DNA of 64,000 nt from a virus: IMG/VR virus record IMGVR_UViG_3300012005_000003, positions 37,401-101,400 of that record, one strand, 5' to 3'. The translations under genes were made by a program, and so were the position numbers. Below are positions 10,637-22,475 of this stretch, piece by piece. Position 1 is the stretch's first letter. Every line of letters starts with the position of its first letter. Under the pieces are notes generated by a model. It saw only the letters and a program-made list of their open reading frames with translations, ran no database searches and was not told the DNA's origin.

Positions 10637-13159
10637 TTTTTGGATATAAGATAATCATCGATATGCTTTTCAACAATAAGTCTATGTTCACACATAGCTT
10701 TCATAGTTGATGCATCTGTGTAAAAACGACAAGTTCCAAATTTCAACTTAATTTGAGAATATTTAAAATTTGGAATTAAGATAAAATCTTGGAATTTAGT
10801 GTCCAAATATCGCATAACATATTCATCATCAATATCTAAACCGTAAGATCCTTCTACTAGGAATTCTTTATATTTTTCATTGAATTCTTTAGCTGTTTTT
10901 ATTTGATTGTTTTTCATATTTTATTCAATTTTGAAATCATCCAAATCATAAATCTGTCTATAGACATAATCTCCACATTGTTCACAATATCCTCCATCTT
11001 CACCTTCGTAATCAATATTATCCAATAGTAGATTTATTGTTGAATCTAATCCTTGCATGTTACATATTTTGATGAGTCTTGCCAATAAAGATTCTTTTTC
11101 TTCTTTAGACAATTCGTTTAATTCTCTACCATCTATGTCTGTATAGAATGCTGTACATCCTTGTGATTTAATTATTTTCATATTTCTTTTCTATGCCATG
11201 TTAAAGTTGTTTCTTTTCCATCTTTATATTCCATCCATGTTTTTCTCCATGGACCTTGTATCAATAATGTTAAACAACCTTCAGAATTATTTATAGAATG
11301 ATAACAGTCTCTTTGGAAATATTTGAATATTTTATCTCTATTTGCATATGATATTTTGAAATCCTTATCTAATATTCCTTCGATGTAATTTCCAAATATT
11401 TTGAAAGATATAACACTAAACGCATGGGTGTGAAATCTATCTTGAAATCCACCTTTAAAATAGAAGAATAGGATACCAAATAATCTTTTGTGTTCAAACA
11501 ATACAAACTGTTTAGCAACAAGATCACCAAACACTATTGGTTTATAACTGAATATTTCACAACCTAATATTCTCATTTTGCTATTTTGTAAAATTTGGTA
11601 GGGTTTGAAAGTCTGTAATCTAATTCTACAGGTTTGTCAACATCATCTCTATATCCCATATAGCCTTTGTAGTAAGGCGTGACTCTTGCTTGAAAACCTA
11701 TATCATCTCCAACTACCAATTCTAATTCTTTTATCTGTTTGCCAACTGTCATCCACAGATGATCACATAGATCTTTTCCTTCTTCGTCTTTCAGATTTAC
11801 GATACATAGCGTTTCTTTGACATAACCATATGAAGATTTGGTTCCAAAGCGACTGACTTCTGCAGTCACTTTGATCCTTATATCATTCAATTTCTGTAAA
11901 TTTTTACGCATTTACTAAATAGCCAAATGTTTAATTATCGTTTGTAACGATTTTGATCTTGTTGATAACATTATCATCTTCGGCTTCTTCTCCCCAGGCT
12001 GTAACTATTTGATACATGATGCCATTGTTGTAACCTCTTGGATTATACAAAGGAGCAAGAATAATAGGATCCAAATTAAAAGATGGTTTCTGAAACTCGA
12101 ATTTGAGTTTAGGTTTCTCTACGTTTAAGATTAATCTATCGGCTTCTACCAGATTTTCTTTGAACATATATCTAGGTGCAACTATTGCATAACAGACACC
12201 GTCATATTTAATATCTATTGCTGATGTAGATGCAAAACGACAGAATTCTTTAGAATTTAAAACCTTATTTTTATGATTATTAAGATCTTGCAGGTTACTA
12301 TATGGAATACTTCCTATGAATTGATTAATGAGTCCTAAGTACAAATCATACTTCTCGCAAAGATTTAAGATATTTTTGATTCCTATCAAACGATAATTAG
12401 TGTATTTTATGCTGATCTTGTTGTAAAGTTCGCGATCTTTGTTAAGACCATCTATATCCTTATTAATGCCTATATTTTCAGATAATTCTTCATATGTTTT
12501 AGAATTACTAAGTCCTAATTTAATTAGGTTGTCTTGTAATTCATTTGCGTCAACCAAATCTATACTTGGATTACTTACACTGTTGAATGAATTAAGATCT
12601 AAAGATTTCTTAAAATCTGCATGTATTTCTGCTGCTGTTACCATGTTGTATTTTTATATTGTTCTATTCTTAATTTATATAAAGTTTTACTTTGTTCTAT
12701 GTACATTATGGCATTAATGTGGTTATAAAAACTCTGTCCTATGGAAAACAAACTTCTATACTTACCGTCATTGAATACACTTATTTTAGCTATATGAAAA
12801 ATGATAATAATTATAGCTAAAATAAGAAAACATATATCATAATTATGAACAGCTAATATCTTTAAAGAATAAACAAGAGATCCTTCTATAATAAAATTTG
12901 TAAAATAAATACAGAACTTATAAAATAAAACTTTTGAAAATATAGAAGTTTCTATTACTTCAAATTTAAAATCATTTGCTTCATATATATAATTTATTAG
13001 CTGTGTTAAAATACAAAAAAACAAAGCACTGTTTGTAATAAGAAATATACCATTTTTTTCAACATTATGAATAACATTAATTTGAAATGTAATCAACATC
13101 AATACACACAATATTGCAAAAGTTGTAATATTTAAAATTTTAACACTTACTATTTTCAT
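10633..13159 (-). CDS. Cluster of six small hypothetical genes, including a cupin-like protein (11178..11576) and a membrane protein (12638..13159)
   Basis: Abutting minus-strand ORFs; RFHTHAF/YHSI cupin-like His motifs; hydrophobic helices in 12638..13159. Confidence 0.55.
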
Positions 13160-13202
13160 ATATCTAAATTAATATTTTTATTTGATTAATGTATATTTTT
13201 AC

Positions 13203-14141
13203 TCAAATATATTGTTGTTCAACAAAATCTATCAGCATATTCAGATTTTCAGAATTATCTGGATATTTCAAAACCATCTTTTTCAAAAATTCAATTCTTG
13301 CTCGTTTATAGATATTATTTCCGCATGGCTTGTATTCATTATAAATCCCTTCTTCCCATTTCAACAAACTTGCATAATCTCTTTCAACTATCTTCATATC
13401 GAATTCATTGAAGATCTTAGAGAGATAATCCTCTGAAGTGTGTTTCTTTGTATGAAGTATAGCATACATGATATCATTCGCATCAGAACTTACAGCTGAA
13501 AAATGAGATAAGAAAAAATCTGCACTGTCTTCTTCATTTATAGAACTTAAAGGATTATATATAATATCATGGAACAACGCAACTAATATCAATTTCTCAT
13601 ATGTATGTGTATCATATTCTTTCTTATCTAATCCATTCTTTATTTGTCTAAAAAGATCATTTAAGTGTTCCCTGTTGTGATAGAAGCGATGAGGTTCGTT
13701 CCATCTAGCAAATATATCTTTAAGCTTGATATTCATTTGCCATTTATCTAACAAAACTTGCAATCCTTTGATATCATAGAATGATGAATCATTTAAACCA
13801 TCATCTTGTTCATATTTCAATTTCAATCTCAGATACGTTTGAACTTCAAATTCTTCTTGTTTAGCTTTCTCTTTAATTTCTCTTTCTTTAGCTATTCTCT
13901 CTAGTTCAATCTTAGCATCCGATTCTTTTTGATGATGTCTTTTTATCACATCTTCTACAGGATCTTCAAGATCTTCAGGTGACAGATATACGCTCCATTG
14001 ATCGCTATCACCTCTTTCATATGCTATAAAACTGACATAAATTCTACCATCCTCTTCTATACAAATGTTATCCAAATATCGTTCAGATGATTTTGATATT
14101 CTACAACCTAGTAATTTACATTTTTGATATAGTTCTTTCAT
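13203..14141 (-). CDS. HD-domain metal-dependent phosphohydrolase with an N-terminal extension
   Basis: HRFYHNREHL, VALFHDIIY, NEEDSA motifs in the C-terminal half. Confidence 0.75.
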   Translation of the reverse strand: MKELYQKCKLLGCRISKSSERYLDNICIEEDGRIYVSFIAYERGDSDQWSVYLSPEDLEDPVEDVIKRHHQKESDAKIELERIAKEREIKEKAKQEEFEVQTYLRLKLKYEQDDGLNDSSFYDIKGLQVLLDKWQMNIKLKDIFARWNEPHRFYHNREHLNDLFRQIKNGLDKKEYDTHTYEKLILVALFHDIIYNPLSSINEEDSADFFLSHFSAVSSDANDIMYAILHTKKHTSEDYLSKIFNEFDMKIVERDYASLLKWEEGIYNEYKPCGNNIYKRARIEFLKKMVLKYPDNSENLNMLIDFVEQQYI

Positions 14142-14643
14142 TTTTAATTTATGATTTTATTAAATATTCAAAATGTTTGTAGCTCATCACATACTTCATC
14201 TAACTTTACAGCTTTAGTTTTGTCATTAATATCTATTCCAATTACTGTACATCTATTTTTATAAGGTGTTACGGCAAAGAAATTACGGCAATTCTCACAT
14301 TTTTTATTTCTGTTTTCGTATTCGTCGTTTTGAGTTCGGTAATTAATTTCTTTTTTAGTCTTCATAAACATATTCTGTTACAATTCCAAATTTTTTATTT
14401 GCTAGTTTCGGTATTCCTTTTTCATCAACTAGCAACTTAACCTTATATGGATCTTTAAATCCTTCAGCATAAGGTATTATCACAACAGTTCCAATTTCAA
14501 TATCCTCAATAGCTTGTTCTGTTATCACTAATAAATGACTATATCCTCTTCCATTTGTCATTTTCTTTAATTCAAATTCTTTTTCCATATTTAATATTTT
14601 AAATTGTTTATTAAGTAAAATTAAACGTAATATCAATTTTTTG

Positions 14644-14715
14644 TGCACCCAGACGGGAACGATCCGCCAACCTTAACATTATGAGTGTTCTGCTCCACCA
14701 TTGAGCTATGGGTGC
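14644..14715 (-). tRNA. tRNA with CAU anticodon (Ile2-like, or elongator Met); atypical T-loop
   Basis: Cloverleaf GCACCCA-TA-GCTC-AATGGTG-GAGC-A-GAACA-CTCATAA-TGTTA-AGGTT-GGCGG-ATCGTTC-CCGTC-TGGGTGC-A. G1:C72 argues against fMet; C4:G69 and C5:G68 are TilS-type determinants; no encoded CCA. Confidence 0.8.
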
Positions 14716-15072
14716 TTTGTTTTTATCAAAAATACAAATATTAGATCAATCCTAGCTCTCTAGCATGAGAGATTTTTACGTCAAATATACATCTATCATT
14801 AGGATTATATCCTTCATTGATGGCATAGTGATTTCCTCCTGTTACATCACAATATTCTGACCATCCACACTTAGTTTTTATTGCATAGAATGTGACAGGA
14901 ACTGTTTCTTCTTTCTCTTGAACAGGTTTAGTAAAAATATCTATAAATTCATTTTCTAATCGTTCAGCTGTTTCATCAGTGATGCCTCTGTATGAATCAT
15001 TCCTAGAAGCTCTATAAGCTTTTCTTAAATCTTCTTCTGTATATAATTTTTTCATTTTTGTTATTTTTTATA

Positions 15073-15762
15073 TTAATACTTAAAACCTTTCTGAAAATCA
15101 TTTGTTGCTATTCCCAAAGTTTTTAATATCTGCATGATTTCTGCATCATTCAGTTTCATCTCAACTCCATTCTTTTCTAAATAGAGAGTTTTATCTTGCA
15201 TGATGTGTTTATACACACCATTTTTAGAATCGACCTTTTGAGAAGACCAAGCTTTAAAAAAATGTTTTTCTTCAATATATTCATCAATTAAAGAACTGTT
15301 AATCATATCTTCATTCATGACAATGTAATCAAAACCAACTATTTTGGCGTATTCATTACACGCTTTAAACTTACTGATATTTTTATCATAAATTTTCCAT
15401 TGCTCAGCATTTGTTTTCATCTGTTTCAAACTCATATGTACTGATATATCATCAGGAGGAAGCAAAGATGATTTCATACTTATGTCAGAAATAATTTTCC
15501 TGATATTTCCTGCACCATTTTCTATCTCAAAATAAAAATCAGGTGTATGTGTGCTAAATTTTCCATTGTGAGCATAACTGATATCATAAATTCTAAAACC
15601 GTATTTTTTAATATGATCGTTCATATCCAACAATTGTAAAACTTTTAATTCCAAAGAGCTTCTATAGTTGATAATTTTTTCAGTATTTATCAATTTATCA
15701 GGATTCTTAGGTGTATAATATCCTTGTTTAAAATTGGTTCCTTTTGATTTTACTTTTTCCAT
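15073..15762 (-). CDS. Second, divergent gp4-like (TnsA-type) head-completion nuclease paralog
   Basis: FKQGYYTPKNPDK...YRSSLE...HTPDFYFE aligns with 55954..56457; ExK motif replaced by DISMK. Confidence 0.7.
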   Translation of the reverse strand: MEKVKSKGTNFKQGYYTPKNPDKLINTEKIINYRSSLELKVLQLLDMNDHIKKYGFRIYDISYAHNGKFSTHTPDFYFEIENGAGNIRKIISDISMKSSLLPPDDISVHMSLKQMKTNAEQWKIYDKNISKFKACNEYAKIVGFDYIVMNEDMINSSLIDEYIEEKHFFKAWSSQKVDSKNGVYKHIMQDKTLYLEKNGVEMKLNDAEIMQILKTLGIATNDFQKGFKY

Positions 15763-15767
15763 ATTTC

Positions 15768-16620
15768 TTATTTTATCAATTTTTTAATAAATGAATCTTT
15801 CAATTTTATACAACCTATATCATGAGCGTGATGTTGTTTTGTCGAATCTAAATAATAATCAACATTCTTTTTTTCAACATCTATGATCATTTCTTGCTGT
15901 ACGGTATTATCTACATGTCCGAAACCGTGATACGAGGTTCCACAATATTTATATACCAATTGTCCTTTATCATTAATGCTACAATAATCAAATTCTATAC
16001 TGCTTCTAGATGTTGATTTCATGTTAAATTTCTTGAGAGTAAAAAATCTACTATCATATTTATTCAAAAATAATTTTTCTTTATTTTTTAAAATCTTTTT
16101 AACGAATATTTCAAAATCTTTTTGAATTTCTTCATTTGAAGTCCATGCAAAATAATCAGTTCCTTCTCTCTGATTAAATGTTTCTGCAAAAAGATTAGTG
16201 ATGCTTTCGTTAAAATGAGCAAAACTTATATCTTTTGACCATTCCTTGACAGTCTTTTGCATATCATTCATTATAGATGACACTATCTGATTTTTTCTTA
16301 TTTCAATATTTTTAATCTCTTCATATAGGGATATAAGTTCAGAATTATCTGATATTGTAGATTTTTCTTTTATCATTATTGTACAAATTTTAAGAAATTA
16401 CATCGTTAATTATTTTTTGTTTTTCGTAGTATTCATCAAAACCATTCATGAATGCTCTGACGTCGTCTTCGTAACCCATATCTGGATCATAATACTCAAA
16501 TCTGACTTTACATGAAATATCATCAGAGAATATCAGATCATATTTGGTTTGCCAATCAAGATCCGACTCGTAAATTTTATGAGCCTTTTGATAAATTGTT
16601 CTTAGTTCTTTGAATTCCAT
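15768..16620 (-). CDS. Two hypothetical proteins (15768..16376, 16390..16620)
   Basis: ORFs; TACTTTTG -7-like box at 16643-16650 (-). Confidence 0.6.
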
Positions 16621-16728
16621 GATGATTTAATTTTGATAATAGCAAAAGTAAACAATTAAATTGAACCATGAAAATTATTTATGGTTATTGATAAAAAAAA
16701 GTTATTAACAGTGAGCGTCTCTACAATA

Positions 16729-16831
16729 AAAACATACGACGTCAAGCGAAATATTTTTTCTTATAAAGTCGTATGTTTTCAAAAACCGCGTATATGTTGC
16801 TGGTTGACTTCACTCCAGAAAAACATACGAC
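16729..16831. repeat. Three copies of AAAACATACGAC (direct, inverted, direct) in an intergenic gap
   Basis: 16729-16740 (+), 16768-16779 (-), 16820-16831 (+). Confidence 0.8.
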
Positions 16832-16923
16832 ATTATGTATATAAAATAAATAATATTAATTTTTAGCTAAAAACAGGGCTAGAGCTCAAAGACCACCCTG
16901 TTCTTTTTGTGACTACCGACTTA

Positions 16924-17364
16924 TCAGAAAGGAAGATCTTCGTCGTTATTCTCAGTCTTTTTAGCTCTTGGAATTTTTTCTATATCGGTTTCTGAAAAAT
17001 ATTTTCTTGCTTTAGCTCCATTCATCAATCTATCTGAAAAAAACAACGCATCGGTGAAATTTATATCGAACAAAGTTTTTACGAATCCTATCGAAGTCAA
17101 TCCTCCTGTTCCACATTCGAAGCATTTAAACCTTCCTTTCCTATCTGAAACCCTAAAGTGTTTATCATTCAAAGTTTTCGGTGTGCAGAAAGGACATCTT
17201 CCAACACAGTCTCCGGATTTCAATCTTTTTAAAATAACAAATTTTGATATCAGATCACTCATTTTGAAAGAATAGATGATCTCATTGATCACATGTTGTT
17301 TTATCACTATATCTGTTTTTCTCCTCTTTTTAGGGAACAGATCTCTGCGTTTTCTTTTAAACAT
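16924..17364 (-). CDS. Stand-alone CHC2 zinc-finger protein (DnaG primase Zn-binding domain-like)
   Basis: GRCPFC...HFRVSDRKGRFKCFECGTGG...F.DAL. Confidence 0.8.
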   Translation of the reverse strand: MFKRKRRDLFPKKRRKTDIVIKQHVINEIIYSFKMSDLISKFVILKRLKSGDCVGRCPFCTPKTLNDKHFRVSDRKGRFKCFECGTGGLTSIGFVKTLFDINFTDALFFSDRLMNGAKARKYFSETDIEKIPRAKKTENNDEDLPF

Positions 17365-19085
17365 TTAACAAATATTTTTACCGAACAATCTCAATACAAC
17401 AGAATATTTTCCAATTATCATTCCTCTATATCCCAATCTTCTACTGAACAGACATTTATCCAATTTTTTGATCGATAAAAAGAATTTTATTTCATTATTA
17501 ATATGAGCTCCGTTGATATGATCCAAAAAATTCAAAAATTCCCTTTCTACCATGATCTTTGCATTTTCAAAAGTGTCTGCTTTTGCAATAAAATCAGGCA
17601 TATCATTTCCACTGACAGGAAAATGTCCATTTATAGAAAATATTCTTTTTCCATCATGGTTTATCATATTGACCCAAGCAATGTTCAGATCTTTGTAATG
17701 ACATATTCTGGCCCATCTTCCTTGCTTATCCGGTTCTTCTGTAGAACTATACCTTGTTGACCAATTAAAATTTTTCATTTAAGTTCGTATGTTTTTTTTT
17801 ATTTATGGCTGCTGTTTTTAATAAATTTTCCTGTTGGTTCTATTTTAAGATCTAAAAAATAATTAGTTTCGTCACAATAGGAGCTCGCTGATAGATTTAT
17901 TTCAATATCTTTATAGTTCTCTTTCAAAAATATTTTAAGCTTTTCTATGTATGACATATGCGCAATTGGCATACACCAAGTTTTTCCTTCTTCTAGATTT
18001 TTTGAAATGTTATCTTCATTGAATTTGTGATCTTGATAAGAGAATATTGTAGCGGTCGACTGATTCATCATAAAGTGTAACCTGTTAAAGATGCCGGCAT
18101 TTTACTAATAATGTCAATATGATGATCATTTGATATCATGATTTTAGTTAATGATATTTCTGAATCATTTGTCACACAGCCATATTCATCAAGATCTGTT
18201 ATCATTATCTTGTATTTTGTTTTGGGATCTTTTAAGGATTTTTCATCCAGGTTAAACAGCTCTTTGATTTTCATAAAAACAAAAATATAAAATAAACATA
18301 AACTTAATAAACATTTACTCATTTAGAGAATAAGATAGTTTTATTTAAACATATTTAGTATTTTTGATAAATGAACAAAGAAGAATTTTTATTGCCTAAC
18401 ATTCCTATAGTCGATGCAACAAAGTTGCCAGATGATATTTTGCAAGCACTTTATAAATTTGATAAAGATTATGAACTACATGATTATTATGTATTTTATC
18501 TTCATGGAGATAGTGAAAATAAACATGAAGATAAAATAATAAGATTTTTTAGAAATTCTGGTATTTTATCGAACAAGATTTTAATAACTAATTAAAACAA
18601 TATGCAAAAAAGAGTCATAAAAGTAGATTATATGTTTAATAATGAAAAAATGAGTGAACAAGAATACAGTGAACAAAATGATAAAATCTTTTACGTCACT
18701 AAAGAAATGATCTATGATTTAGTGAGAGAAAAAGTTAAAACACCTGAAGGTTTCGAAATTTGTACTAATAATTTTTACATCAATAAAATTTAATTAAACC
18801 ATGGCAACAAGAAAATTTTATCAAGTTGGTTTTCAACTAGATGTAGTAGGAGATTATTTCGGAGAAATTCATAAGAATTACGAAGGAGATCCAAAATGCG
18901 AAGTTCAGGAATTTAATAATTCTGAGACGAGATTATCTTTATTGAAAATTGATAATAGAACTCAAGCATTCGTGATCGAGACAAGATCTGAGTTTAATGA
19001 TCTTGAGTTCATCCTTGGTGATGTTGAATTTAAAACTATCGAAAGCAATGATGCAAGATTATTCAAGATGATGTTCAAACAATGA
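17365..19085. CDS. Cluster of small hypothetical genes (divergent around 18340)
   Basis: ORFs 17365, 17799, 18068 (-) and 18371, 18602, 18801 (+); TATTTTTG at 18359-18366. Confidence 0.55.
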
Positions 19086-19116
19086 TTATGAGCATCAAAT
19101 ACATAAAATAGAAGTA

Positions 19117-19281
19117 GTGTTGACTATAGTCAATGAAATCGAAGCAACTATAACTCTCGGAAGACCAGGTTTATTGATCGGTAAAGCTGGTAGAACCATT
19201 CAGGAACTAACAGAATTTATGGATAAAGTGATGGATAAAAAGGTTGTTATAAAAATTAAAGAATACGACCCATGGAACTAA
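19117..19281 (+). CDS. Small type-II KH-domain protein (ribosomal protein S3 KH-like), absent from ORF track
   Basis: ITLGRPGLLIGKAGRTIQEL matches the S3 KH motif RPGxxIGKxG; frame open from 19072; first start codon GTG 19117. Confidence 0.65.
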   Translation: MLTIVNEIEATITLGRPGLLIGKAGRTIQELTEFMDKVMDKKVVIKIKEYDPWN

Positions 19282-19473
19282 AAGAATTAAAAAATAAATT
19301 AAGTGAGATTATGTTAAATGGAGCTGATGAAAGAGCCATTATATTTATGTGTAAGGAGTTCGCTATTTCTAATTTGGAATTAGTCAGAAATAAAATTTAC
19401 ATGAATGATTGTGTTGAATCATATTCTACAGAAGTGATCGATGAACAGATAACTAAAATAGAATAACATATAG

Positions 19474-20058
19474 ATGTTAACAGTAGGATTGACTGGAGGC
19501 ATCGGTAGTGGCAAAACCACGATATCCAAGATATTTGAAAAATTTGGTTGTATATTATACAATTCTGATGAAAGAGCTAAAAGATTATATTTTTATCCTG
19601 AAATCAAAGTACAGGTCATAGAATTGTTAGGAACACAAGTCTATATTTCAGAAACTGAGATTGGCAAGGATCTTGTATTCGATATCATTTTCAATGATCA
19701 ATCTAAATTAAATAAACTTAATAGTATTTTCATCCCTTTCATAAAAGAAGATTTCAAAAAATTTGTAAAATCTTGTTTGAATAATCATATAGTCATATTA
19801 GAATCTGCAACTCTTTTTGAATCTGGTATTTATCAAGATCTTGATTTTAATATTTTGGTTACTGCTCCAGAATATATCAGAATAGAAAGAGTGATCGAGA
19901 GAAATAAAATACCAAGAGAAAAGGTTGAACAATGCATCATGAATCAATGGACCGATGATAAGAAATTAGATTTTGCCGATTTTGTGATATCCAATATCGA
20001 TATTGCTGATTCTGAGCAAGAAGTGCTGAAAATCATGAATGTTTTTAGCAATATATAG
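19474..20058 (+). CDS. coaE: Dephospho-CoA kinase
   Basis: VGLTGGIGSGKTT P-loop; ESATLFE; RIERVIERN; ADFVISN. Confidence 0.9.
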   Translation: MLTVGLTGGIGSGKTTISKIFEKFGCILYNSDERAKRLYFYPEIKVQVIELLGTQVYISETEIGKDLVFDIIFNDQSKLNKLNSIFIPFIKEDFKKFVKSCLNNHIVILESATLFESGIYQDLDFNILVTAPEYIRIERVIERNKIPREKVEQCIMNQWTDDKKLDFADFVISNIDIADSEQEVLKIMNVFSNI

Positions 20059-20061
20059 TTT

Positions 20062-20871
20062 ATGATTATCAACTTTGAAAAATGGAAGTCTATAAATGAA
20101 AACAGAATTGTAGAAACTGATCATTTAATAGCATATTTAGAATCCATCAAAAAGATGGAACCGAGTAAATATAAATCTCATTCTGATCCAAATAAAGAAA
20201 TCGACAAAGTGAAAGATGAAGCTTTTCAAATGCTTTTATCCGAAGAAACAGAATATGATATGAAGGATATCATGATGGATTTTGCAACCTATGATTCACC
20301 TGAAAATGACGAAAATATGGAAGATGCAATATGGAATAAAAATTTTGTAGAATCTCTAGATGAAGATTTTGACCCTGAGAATGTTTACAGACAAGCTTCT
20401 TTCAAAGATCTCAAGTCTAATTTCTCTGAAGATGGATATCAAATGTTTTTAAAACACGCTAGAAATGTATTCGATTCTGAATCAGATGAGATGATTTCAA
20501 AAGTTGAAGAAAGTTATTCAGAAGATGGCTATATTGATATATGGAGAGCTGTAGTGTACAAAACAGAAGAGTTATCAAAGATCAAAAGTAAATATGCTGG
20601 AGTTGGAGTCTATTGGTCGTGGGAAGAAAATACAGCAGAATCTTACCATGCTGAATTCATAGGACATGATATCGTTTTGCATGGAAAGGCTACCACAGAA
20701 AGTATAGATTGGAAGAACACTCTATATAAAAATGTTTATATTCTGAAATATGAAAAAGAAATACTATTGAAAGACTATAGTTCTGTAATGATTGTAGGTT
20801 TTCATGATAGCAAAACAAACAAATACGTAAAATTAGACGAACCTATAGTTGTGAATACTGGAATATCTTAA
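20062..20871 (+). CDS. Leader-tagged protein, possible ADP-ribosyltransferase fold
   Basis: MIINFEKWKSINE; IWRAV...GVYWSW...YEKEILL (R-S-ExE pattern); AATATATAG at 20050-20058. Confidence 0.55.
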   Translation: MIINFEKWKSINENRIVETDHLIAYLESIKKMEPSKYKSHSDPNKEIDKVKDEAFQMLLSEETEYDMKDIMMDFATYDSPENDENMEDAIWNKNFVESLDEDFDPENVYRQASFKDLKSNFSEDGYQMFLKHARNVFDSESDEMISKVEESYSEDGYIDIWRAVVYKTEELSKIKSKYAGVGVYWSWEENTAESYHAEFIGHDIVLHGKATTESIDWKNTLYKNVYILKYEKEILLKDYSSVMIVGFHDSKTNKYVKLDEPIVVNTGIS

Positions 20872-20876
20872 TTTTT

Positions 20877-21089
20877 TTAATATAGAGTAAATCTACAGAA
20901 ACCATCAACACTTTCATACCATTGATCCAAAGGTCTGGCATAGACAGTTCCAAAATGAACAGATTTATATATTACTAACACTTCACCAGTTTCACTATGT
21001 GTGGAAAGAGTTAACACTTCGTATCTACCACCTTTATAATGTTGGTAAAAAGCTCCTACTGTAGGATATTTTATAAAATTTTTATTCAT
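20877..21089 (-). CDS. DUF1653-like protein
   Basis: YQHYKGGRYEV...HSETGEVLVIY...ARPL. Confidence 0.8.
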   Translation of the reverse strand: MNKNFIKYPTVGAFYQHYKGGRYEVLTLSTHSETGEVLVIYKSVHFGTVYARPLDQWYESVDGFCRFTLY

Positions 21090-22475
21090 TGTTTTTAGAA
21101 ATTTCGTAATTATATTTTATTGAGTTCTCTATGCCTGTTTTTATGAAATCTAGATCTTCATTTCTGTTTATGGCCATGATGATCTGATCCAATTTAAAAA
21201 ACATGTGAGAGTTTGGAATAACATGATTGTAATTTGTAGATGTTACATTTTTGATAATTTCAACAGCTTCATCTTCAGTAATAACAGCATTATCAAAAAT
21301 ATTTGTCTCTTTGAATATGGCATCAGCTTCATGGCTATTTAAAAATGAATATAACGCTATGTCTTTAAATGAATCATTATATTCAATGATATTGAAAGTT
21401 ATGATATAGCTATGATCATCTCTTTTAAAACTGAATAGATCTTTATCCAATTTTTGTAAATACTCAAAATACTTATTATAACCTTTTGATCTTTTGTTAG
21501 TTATTTTTTCCAATAAAGTTCTATCGTTATCCATAAATATAGAATATTGATATAATCACTAAAAATATATAAATATATTCCTAGCTTTGTAATTAAAAAC
21601 ATCTAAATAGATGTTAGAAACGTACTGGACTGATTATAGAGCCCACTATCATGTCAGATTACTCTTTCATGAATACATTTATTTCATTAAAATATTTTTA
21701 CTTTTAATGATCTTACATTTGTTTTACATATGAATTTGTAAATTTCATACAACCAACACATCAATGAACATTTATCAATTAAATCTATAGTTAAAGTGGC
21801 TTTTTATTTCCTACCAGACATTTATATCGGTCCTATAAATTTTATATTTTGCTAGCAAAATATCTTAATTGATATAGTATATATGATATAAAAATTGTTT
21901 AGTTTAAATATTTTTACATATATTTGTATAAATTGATATAAATCTAGTTACTTAATATTATACTGAAATATTCTTTTTTAAAACAAATGTTATCAAAAAA
22001 CAATTATTAAGATCATATTTAGTTTTTATATCATTAATTGAAAATGCATTATACCATTTAAAATCATTATGGCTTACATGTTCTGATTTATTGAATAGTT
22101 CCAATAGAAATTGGTTGTCAGACATGTGTGTTATTTTTTTCATAAATAAATATACAAATAATAAACATATTATTTATATTTTTACTCTCATTCTTTCTTT
22201 TTTTACATTTTTCATCGATTCTGATAAATATGCACCAAACATATTTTCTATATCTTGCAAATTAGGAAAATCTTCTAAAGTTTTGGTATAGATCGAATCT
22301 ATTTTAGCAGTATATCCATCTATTCCTTTGATAAGATCTTTTAATGACTCTATGTAAAAAAGATACAATGTTGAATTGGATCTAACATCATCCAAATTTG
22401 CTAAACACCAATCTAGATCTTTTTTAAGCTCTTCTGTTGTTGATTTTTTAATTGGTTGCATTCAAAAAATATAGA

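Noticed and set aside
14589-14648. GTG start of ORF 14355..14648
   Set aside because: It overlaps the tRNA 3' end; ATG at 14588 (MEKEFE) is more plausible.
16701-16710. TTATTAACA as a DnaA-box variant
   Set aside because: Single degenerate copy in AT-rich DNA; expected by chance.
21535-21957. ~420-bp very AT-rich gap as a possible origin or ncRNA
   Set aside because: I found no repeats, stable stems or credible ORF by eye, so I cannot support a call.
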